DNA of 64,000 nucleotides from Octopus vulgaris (taxonomy: Eukaryota). Location: the NCBI GenBank assembly GCA_951406725.2, contig OX597816.1:58776001-58840000 (forward strand). Direction: 5' to 3'. The notes under the pieces are model-generated. The model was given only the letters and a program-made list of their open reading frames with translations. It was not told the origin of the DNA and did no database searches. A program made the position numbers and the translations under genes. Numbering within the stretch: position 1 is the stretch's first letter; each line of letters begins with the position of its first letter. Below are positions 54,789-64,000 of this stretch, in pieces.

Positions 54789-56537
54789 TGTATATCAGGA
54801 ATGTGGGTTAATATCACTAAATGTTGATCTGAAGATACGGTGAAACTAACAGTTGTAATAACGTCGATGGTTAATCAAGCTTTCGAATAAAGTGAGTCGA
54901 CCCGACATTTGTTTATATTGCGTTCTCCATTGGTTGAACTTTATTTCCCGCATTTGTATATGTGTATATGGGTGTGTATGGATGGGTGGACGAGCGTGAG
55001 TGTGTGTATAAATACATTTGTATAAAAATATAAATATATGTATTTCCTAGGATATATATACATACATATACATACATATACATATATATATATGATAATG
55101 TTGATTTATATTAACATACTTAAGTAGGTACAACCCATCCCACTTTTAATTCCTACACGTGTGTATACGTATAAATATTTATGTAGATGTACATACACGC
55201 ACACACTTATGCACACATATATAAATATAAATATAAATACAAATAAATATTTTCACAAACATTTGTATATACAAGACTAACATCCAAAGAAATTATTACA
55301 ACCGTACATGCATACATGCATACATGCATACATGCATAGATATATATATATATACACACAGATATATAGGTGTGATGTATATATACATACATACATACAT
55401 ATATATACATATGCATACGCATAAACCCCAGTGCACACTTGACATCCTCTGGCTGAGACTTTTGGGTAGAAGAACTGAAGTAATTGAAAACAGTTTAATT
55501 TCATGCGTAAAATAAAAATCTTAAGTAGATTTATTTTTTTAATCCTTCTGTTTCTTACGAATTTTTTTCACTTTATTTTACTTATTTTATTTATTTGTTT
55601 TTCGAAAATGTGCATTTTACTAATTATTTGACGCCAATCAACATAAAAATTTTCTACAGAATCAGCATTTTGAAATTTTTGGTTATGTGGTGGGGTATCA
55701 TCTTTCCTTGAAATCTAATATTTTATTATAGAATTAGATAATCCTGTTTTATAGAGTGGGATTATCTGCTAGACCAGCTTCAACCTGTGAAGAAAGAAAG
55801 AACTAAAAAGACCTGAAGTGTTTATCAAAGGAGGAGGATACAGATATAAGAATGAGACTATTGGTCATAGAATGAAGTGAAACGGTTTTAGCTGGGAATG
55901 AAAACAGCTTGAACGTTCATTGCTTCTGTCTTCTCCAGAAGTTTTAGGACAGAATTACGGGAGTCAAGTGATTGAGAGCAATTAGACCTTGCTCCACTAT
56001 GTGGATATTTCACAGACGTTTTGTCATCTATATTAAACCTGGAAGGTAGAAAACCCAACAAGGAAGGCATCTGTTTTCGAAACGTTAGCCAAACTTGCCT
56101 CAAATTACACTCTGTTATCCTTGAAATAGAGGGCTCTTCGGGTAGTGTTGTCCTAGATACATGATGCCCAAGAAAGGGGCGGGGTGCTTATGATTGGAGC
56201 ATTATTGGACGTTGGACGTAGAGCTGAGCAGGGACTAAACGATAACAACTGTAATATCAAGCAGTACTTATTGCGAGTCATTTGAATCGTGACTCATAGT
56301 CTTACTTACTCATGACTCCACTGGCTCATAGTATAGTACTGCATGATATTGTTGACGAATAATATTACTGCTATATGACATAATTGTCACACGACGCACG
56401 TCATTATTGCAATATGACATCACTGCTATATGACATTACTGACACTATAAAGACTATCTAACTACTTAGCTGTCATAACTGTCACATGACATCAGTGCTA
56501 TATGACATTACTGACAAATGACATTATTGTTCTGCGA

Positions 56538-56706
56538 TACGGTATTTCGTCTGTTTTCACGTTCTTTGTTCAAATTCCGCCGAAGTCGACTTTGCCTTTC
56601 ATCCTTTCGGGGTTGATAAATTAAGTACCAGTTGCGTACTGGAGTCAATCTAATCGACTGGGCCTCTCCCCAAAAATTTCGGACCTTGTGCCTAGAGTAG
56701 AAAAGA
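56538..56706 (+). mobile_element. Nin-domain SINE, 5'-truncated
   Basis: ggtatttcgtc...gcctttcatcctttcggggttgataaattaagtaccag. Confidence 0.85.
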
Positions 56707-57191
56707 TTATTGTTATGTGACATTTCCTTACACATGTCTTTACTGACAAGGCATTAACAAATGTGACAGTGCGGATGACATCAGAATGATTCTGAATTTA
56801 TTACAGAATGAGAAGAGTTAAACTCATTGTCCTTTCATTAGTTGAGAAACTCATGTCACAACAGAGAGACAATCGAACATTACACAATTAACGTCACACC
56901 TAATATAACAGAAAAATGGCGGCTGGTTTAACTTCAGAGAAGATTGGATTACTGCAAAAGAAAATCGTCAGTCTCGTTCTTGTTTTTGTTATCGACGTCT
57001 TCGTTATTGTTGAGCACAGAGTATTCCTTGATCTAGGAAATCTGTGATCAAATGCGTTCCCACCGGGCAGGCCATACATCAATTTCTTTTTTTTTTTTTT
57101 CAGACGCAATGGGTTCAGAACGACATTGCTCATGTGTTCCTAGGGTGTTCCTCGGTGTCTGTCAAAAGAATATTATTGAAATTTCCTATAC

Positions 57192-57545
57192 GCTGTGTAA
57201 GTAGCTTGCTTACCAACCAACATGGTTCTGAGTCCAGTCCCACTGCGTGGCACCTTGGGTAAGCGTCTTCTATTATAGCCGGGGCTCGACCAAAGCCTTG
57301 TGGAAGGATTTGGTAGGCGGAAACTGAAGGAAGTCCGTCGTATATATATATGTGCGTATGTGCGTGTGTGCGTGTGTCCACCATCGATTGACAACCAATG
57401 TTGGCATGCTTACGTCCCCGTAACTTAGCGGTTCAGCAAAAAAGACTCCGGTAGAATAAGAACAAGGCTTTCAAAAAATAAGTCCTGGGTCGATTTCTTC
57501 GACTAAAGACGGTGCTCCAGCATGGCCGCTGTCAAATGACGGGAA
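57192..57545 (+). mobile_element. tRNA-CORE SINE
   Basis: Family match along its length. Confidence 0.88.
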
Positions 57546-58124
57546 ACATAGAAGAACCCAAGTCTAGAAGAAAACCATACAAATTGAAACACCAGCAGCA
57601 GTTGCTACAACAAAAACGGAACAGCAAACAAGAGGGTCTCTACGATCTGCTAGAAATAATAACCAAAACTCTGTCAATTAACACCCCAATGTCTTTAAAA
57701 AAACGATACAGCGGATAAGTGTAATTATGAATATATTATGCAAGAAAGCGAATAGACAGGATGGTCATAGATCGGGCAACGGCGAAACGATGAAAGGTCA
57801 TCGCAGACGATTAAACAACAAACACGGAGAATAACAACGAGCGTGAGAAAAGCTGAGAGTTTCAGTAAAAAGACAAAGAGAACGTGGCAAATGTAGGAAG
57901 ACCACAGCACAAAAGGTTGGAGCACCCTTACACAAAACTAACATACCAAACATACAGACAAACAGAAAACACAATACTTCGAAATCTCACTTAAATACAC
58001 CTGAAATCACTCACAACAAAACGCGATACTGTATACCGGAAGTAGCGCCCACATCTTTAAACTAAAGTTCCCAGCGCCATCTTGCTTGGCCTAACACATT
58101 AGCTATGACAGTGACAAAGAAAAC

Positions 58125-58198
<74 letters not shown>

Positions 58199-58282
58199 GC
58201 ACACATACACAAACCAACACATACACGCACAAATACGTGAGTATATGTAGTCATATATATATATATATATATATATATATTC

Positions 58283-58697
58283 TTTTATTCTTTTATGCTT
58301 TTACTTGTTTCAGTCATTTGACTGCGGCCATGCCGGAGCACCGCATTTATTCGAACAAATCGACCTCAGGACATTCTTTGTAAGCCTAGTACTTATCCTA
58401 TCGGTCTCTTTTGCCGAACCACTAAGTTATGGTGGTTGTCAAGCGATGGTGGGGAGACAAACACAGACTCACAAATACACACACATACATACACACACAT
58501 ACATACACACACACACACAAACATATATATATATGACGGGCTTCTTCCTGTTTTCGTCTACCAAATCCATTCACAAGGCTTTGGTCGGCCCGAGGCTATA
58601 GTACAAGACACTTGCCAAGGTGACACGCAGTGGGGCTATACCCGGAAGCATGTGGTTGGGAAGCAAGCTTCTTACCACACAGCCACGCCTGCGCCTA
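58283..58697 (-). mobile_element. tRNA-CORE SINE
   Basis: Family match along its length. Confidence 0.88.
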
Positions 58698-58716
58698 TAA
58701 AAAGAGTCGATGCGTG

Positions 58717-59902
58717 GCGTTCGATCATATAATAACAAATTAATAAATAAAACATATGCATACATACATACATATATGCACATACCTACATCTATATGTA
58801 TATATACATGCATATATGGGTACGGAACACAAAAAAAACGTAGAACACAACGAGAAACGAAAACATAAAAACAATAACATGGAAATGGACTTTTTCAAAC
58901 AACGAATAAACAGAGTACAAGACATACAACACAAGGAACATTCTTCTTCTTCAGCTGCCCCTGCTTCGACTACTCTGTTTCGAAGGTAAGGGCAAGACAC
59001 GACTTCGTTGAAACAATTCTTCCCGCAAAGCAAATTAAATAAAATTTGGGATTTTTTGTGGAGGGGTAAAAATGGTGACAAGAACTGGACAGTAAAAACA
59101 AAACAAGACGGTAAAAGCAATACAAATAAAAACAGTAAAAGACAGGACAAGGAGAATAACACAGTAAAAACAAACGATAAGGGCTTTTAAGCCTAGACGA
59201 TGGAAAAATTAATTTGATCGCATTGAGAAAACGGCTTACGAGGACAGGAGAAGCCGTTGTGGACTTGTTGAAGGCAGTGGTCAGAAAGAAAGTTAGTTAC
59301 CCTCTGGTCAGCGACGAGAAGGAGGAGGAGGGGGAGGAGGAGGAGGAGGAGGAGTAAGAGAGAGGGAACGGTGAAAAGGAGAGGAGAAGAATAGGGAAGG
59401 GTGGGAAAGAAAACCAGAAAGAATGAAAAATAAGAGAGGGAGGGAGTCAGGCAGGGAGGGAGGAAGACAGACAAGCAGGGAGGAAAGTAGGGAGGAAAGG
59501 TCAAGTAAAGAGTTAAGAGTACGCATCATAATTATTAAGATAAAACTTACTTGGAAGGGGATGCATTGCGTTCGATCATATAATAACAAATTAATAAATA
59601 AAACATATGCATACATACATACATACATACATATATGTACATACCTACATCTATATGTATATATACATGCATATATGGGTTCAGGACACCAAAAAAACGT
59701 AGAACACAACGAGAAACGAAAACATAAAAACAAAAACATGGAAATGAACTTTTTCAAACAACGAAAAAACAGAGTACAAGACATACAACACAAGGAACAT
59801 TCCTCTTCTTCAATTGCCCCTGCTTTGACTACTCCGTGTTTCGAAGGTCAGGGCAAGACACGACTTCGTTGAAACAATTCTTCCCGCAAAGCAGATTAAA
59901 TT
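58717..59902 (-). mobile_element. Direct-repeat pair of family P2 (58717-59040 / 59568-59902); probable Penelope tandem pLTR structure
   Basis: ~325-bp direct repeats. The intervening sequence has only weak similarity to a PLE C-terminus (KLIF...PY). Confidence 0.55.
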
Positions 59903-60008
59903 ATAGAGAGAGAGAGACAAACAGACAGATAGATAGGTAGATACATACATATATATATATACATACAAATACATACATAGCAAAAACCAAATATGTCAGA
60001 TATTATAT

Positions 60009-60043
<35 letters not shown>

Positions 60044-60278
60044 GGCAGGAAGGCAGAGTTGATACTGTACACAAGTCAACCATAACACAGAAAAATCAAC
60101 TACACGTATGTATGTATGTATATATGTATGTATGTATTTATGTATGTATGTATGTATGTATGTATGTATGTATGTATGCATGAATGCATGCGTGCGTGCA
60201 TGTATGTTTGAATGTATGTATGCATGCATACAGGCATGGCGTATTCACGCTTGTATGTATGTATATATGTATGTATGT

Positions 60279-60388
60279 CATTATTCAGTTTTATTTCAAG
60301 ATTTCTTGCCAATAGAGAAAGAGCCGGCTTCTAACCTAGATTCAAGGTTCCTTCATTGGAATTTCAACATCAACAACAGGGTGCTTTT
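60279..60388 (-). mobile_element. 3' UTR of an RLE retrotransposon inside (TATG)n
   Basis: Shares gaaa(a)gagc..g.ttctaac..agat.caa.gttcc...ttggaat with 61125-61175. Confidence 0.6.
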
Positions 60389-61090
60389 GTTTGTTTGTTT
60401 GTTTGTTTGTTTGTATGTATGTATGTATGTATGTATGTATGTATATATGTATGTATGTATATGTGTGTGTATGTATGTATGTATGTATGTGTGTATGTAT
60501 GTATGTGTGTATATATGTATGTGCAGATTTGTATGTTTTATGTCTGTATTCTCATGCATATAGTTGCATATCTAGACATGCTCATATATATTTAAATGAT
60601 GAACTTCTGGAAATTTTTACACGTATGTATGTATGTATGTATTATGTGGGCGGATGAATGCATACATGGTTTAGAAAGTGGGGTTAGCCCTGTGCAAGGC
60701 CGTTTCCCACTTTGAAAAGCTTCAGACACAGGCATCCCTCAATTTTAAATACCTCTTTTATGTGCAGCATACTATGGCTGACCGTCACCGTAAAAGGTAA
60801 AACACCGAACGAAAAATTCCATGATGGGATGAAAACACGAGTCAATAAGAATGGTGACTCTGTGAACACCTGTCGCAAGAGGCGCCCATCGGTACCACAT
60901 CGGTACAAAAGAGTGCAAATCCTTAGCAGGACTGAAAAGTCACATCTATCTGCTTCAAAAGAACAATTAAGCGATGGCATTCTTCGAATTCGATTTGTTT
61001 CCGCCGGCTATATTTACGTGTGCATTCATGTGCGTATACATGTATACATGTCTGTATACATTTATGTGTGTTAGAATTTTTGCATGTATG

Positions 61091-61399
61091 TTCTTTTCTG
61101 TTTTTAGTTATTTAAATTATTCTGCTGAGAAAAGAGCTTGTTTCTAACAAAGATACAAAGTTCCAACTTTGGAATGTAGATAAAAAAAACAATGTCACGT
61201 GTTAAACTCGAGAAAAGTCTTGCATATTTTTACTGTTCCACTTAACAAATTGGATTTGTAATGTGCGAATTGGTTGGTTGATTTTCTTTCTTCTGAAAAT
61301 TCAAGCATATCCAGACTGTCACTTGGGTATTCGCTCACAAAACCAAGTGCACCAATTATTATTAGTATAAATGTATAAATCTAGATATAGAAGCTGGAG
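61091..61399 (-). mobile_element. RLE-type non-LTR retrotransposon 3' end with short CATA-type flanks
   Basis: QLLY...IIGALGFVSE...SGTVKICKTFLEFNT* C-terminus, followed by a 3' UTR. Confidence 0.7.
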
Positions 61400-61400
61400 G

Positions 61401-61438
<38 letters not shown>

Positions 61439-61441
<3 letters not shown>

Positions 61442-62357
61442 GGTGGGTGGAAAGTAACTAGGCATTAGAAATTGCTTATAGAATTTTTACTATCACTGAA
61501 GTCATGACGAAAACATTTTTTAAACATACAACACTAATGGGGATTTCTTATTTTCTTATTGTCTTATTTTTTATTACTTATTTTCCAGATGGCCGGTCGC
61601 TCTACTGTCCAAGAGCGAGCTAAGATAGCAGCACGTTATGAAGTGTGAAATTCCGTTGTTTTGGTTCAGAGATGGTGGCGTACATGGAGAGGTAAACATG
61701 CAACACTACGTCTAGTGACAATAAAAAGTTGTCCTGCAAAGCTGATGATCATGGGCTCAGTGAACGATGCAAGAAAAAGTGACCATCCAAGCACATCCCG
61801 ATCAGCGGAGAACGTGGCAACAGCACAGATGCTTAATCGCAGCCCACAAAAATCAACGCGTCAAGCATCTCGTGAAAGTGGACGAACAAGACACGCAATA
61901 CGTACGGTGTTGCATAAAGAATTAAATTTTCGTCCGTGGAAACCCCACTACGTGCAGGAGTTAAAACCTGAAGGCTGTGATCACAGAATGGAATATGGAG
62001 AGTTAATGCTTGGCTGGTATGAAGTTAGGCCTGAATTGTTTGAAAATATCCTCTGGAGTGATGAGGCTGGGATGTTATAATACCGATCGCACACTGGAGG
62101 ACTTGGAGAGACGGATTCATGAGATTCTCCATGATACCCCAGACGACATCATTCAGAAGGTTGTTCATTCCATCCCTGGCTGTTTGAGGAAACTAGTTGA
62201 AGCCACCAGTGCTTACGTTGAAATATGAAGATTTACTTTCATTTTCCCATCTAATAAAGAACATGTATCTTATAAAGAACATGTTTCAATAAATTTGTAA
62301 AAGGAATATGGATTTTATTACCAATTTTTAATGCCTACTTACTTTTCACCCACCCTG
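61439..62357 (+). mobile_element. Internally deleted Tc1/mariner-superfamily element (rosa/maT-like N-terminus)
   Basis: TIRs CAGGGTGGGTGGAAAGTAACTAGGCATT / AATGCCTACTTACTTTTCACCCACCCTG with TA flanks. MAGRSTVQERAKIAARY..., SPQKSTRQASRE, FRPWKPHYVQELKP and ILWSDEA are fused to the C-terminal TLEDLERRI. Confidence 0.9.
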
Positions 62358-62819
62358 TATATGCAATAGTCGAAATTTCTTTTTTTATTTGGTGTTAGTG
62401 TTCGCGATCTGCAGGTTTTTCCAGTTGACGTTTATGGTTCTTCATAGTCTGTTTTGAGTTGTTGATCTCTACAAGGTCACGGCGGACACTCGTGGAATCT
62501 TCTGCTGCGATTGAATTTGCCACAAAAGTTATGACATGTAAGCCTGGCGTTACTCATACAGCGTTCATGGTCATTCCATTTGAATCGACGAGTGATAACT
62601 TTTACTTCGAGGCTATTTGGCTTCAAAGTCACCAATGGTTACAACATTCTACGAAGTTGTCAGATAAACATATTTAATATTTCTCTGCTGTATATGTTAT
62701 ATGATACAATCTCCGTTGAACGATTCTGTGAGCCGGTGGTGAGTTGATTTGAGCGGTAAGAGGTCAACTGTGGGTTGTTTAGTTTATGTGCCTTTATCGT
62801 ATTATAAAATATAACAGTA

Positions 62820-63101
62820 ACAACCAGACTCCGGGTGTCGTTATACATCGCTAGTCACACCATACATCGCATTGTTTTAGCTTTCGAGTGACGCCACCCG
62901 GCTTGTTAGGCGAGTAGGTTAACGTCTACCCTTGATCGGAAGGCTGTACCGTTGCAGGGTTACCCAGTTACAGCTGATAGACTGGAGTAACGTCAAATAA
63001 AGTGTTTTTCTCCAGAGCACAACACAACCCTCACTCTGGGAATCGAACTCAGGATCCAGCGATCGTGAGTGCAACACCCTAACTACTACGCCATGCGCCT
63101 T
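62820..63101 (-). mobile_element. tRNA-derived SINE sharing its tail with family C but with a different (V/CORE-like) body
   Basis: Head aggcgcaTGGCGTAGTAGttagggtg...GAGTTCGATTCCC, body ggtaaccctgcaacgg...caaggg, tail ggtggcgtcactcgaaagctaaaacaatgcga. Confidence 0.7.
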
Positions 63102-63127
63102 CACAAACCATACAAAATTATTTGAAT

Positions 63128-63547
63128 AAGGCGGCGAGCTGGCAGAAACATTAGCACGCCGGGCGAAATGCGTAGCCGCTTTTCGTCTGCCGTTACGTTC
63201 TGAGTTCAAATTCCGCCGAGGTCGACTTTGCCTTTCATCCTTTCGGGGTCGATAACTTAAGTACCAGTTAAAAACTGGGGTCGATATAATCGACTTAATC
63301 CGTTCGTCTGACCTTGTTTGTCCCCTCTGCGTTTAGCCCCTTGTGGGTAGTAAAGAAATAGGTATTTCGTCAGCCGCTACGTTCTGAGTTCAAATTCCGC
63401 CGAGGTTGACTTTGCCTTTCATCTTTTCGAGATCGATTAAATGAGTACCAGTTACGCATTGGGGTCGGTATAATCGACTTAATCCTTTTGTTTGTCCTTT
63501 GTCTGTCGCCTCTATGTTTAGCACCCCCTTTGGGCAATAAAGAAATA
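63128..63547 (+). mobile_element. Nin-domain SINE head-to-tail dimer
   Basis: A full unit, then a second unit starting at aagaaata|ggtatttcgtc (63361). Confidence 0.92.
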
Positions 63548-63968
63548 AAAAATATAAGTTGGATAAACTCCTTCTATGAACTGGAAAAGAACAAATTTTA
63601 TTTTGACTGTTTACTGTGGTCATTAATTTATGGACTTTGCTATGTTCTCGAATTTGCTGTTTTAAACTAATTCCGTGTTTATTTTTCGAAACTATACGTC
63701 GTGGTCCGTAACAGATTGTTCTTATCTCTTTTACACATTACAAAGCCGTAAACTTCTTTCTTTTTTTTTTTTTTCAGATCCTGTAGAACTAGTTTCAAAT
63801 CGTCGTTGAGTGCGTTATTGCCGCTGTGCTTTTATTGTTTTCACACCTGAATAAAATCTGTTATTCGTCAATTTTATTATTGCTCTTGTCACTAAGAGCT
63901 TCGGGACACTGATAAAGTAATCTGAATTCAAGCAGTGTGTGTGTATGTGTGTGTGGGTGTGTTACATC

Positions 63969-64000
<32 letters not shown>

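Noticed and set aside
60684-61000. Possible RTE-type RT fragment (KFHDGMKTRVNKNGDS) or host exon
   Set aside because: Only one short motif resembles RT, and the flanking motifs are absent; cannot be supported without a search.

Overview
Repeat-saturated, AT-rich animal DNA, intronic or intergenic. The mix of tRNA-CORE SINEs, Nin/Deu-domain SINEs and very dense microsatellites looks like a coleoid cephalopod, probably Octopus; this is an inference and was not searched. No intact host gene is visible, and nearly all ORF-track entries are microsatellite translations or repeat read-throughs. Recognisable content: three tRNA-derived SINE families in many copies; a near full-length dead mariner (29034-30303) and four other Tc1/mariner relics; hAT- and Merlin-type MITEs with TSDs; a non-autonomous Helitron; CR1-group and L1/Tx1 LINE remnants; and Penelope-like remnants whose pLTR fragments carry hammerhead ribozyme motifs. 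The most striking structure is a 6.3-kb (TAA)n array (48310-54618). It holds seven co-oriented, 5'-truncated R4/Dong-type retrotransposon ends from about six distinct families, plus three copies of a ~555-bp non-coding element that may be their non-autonomous partner. More broadly, different microsatellites seem to act as landing pads for different element classes: TAA for R4/Dong, GATA for Tx1-like, CATA for another RLE family, and TA for Penelope pLTRs and fold-backs. Two pLTR families share a hammerhead fold with family-fixed, non-canonical cores (A6U; U4C). Boundaries were read by eye and are approximate unless TIR/TSD coordinates are given.
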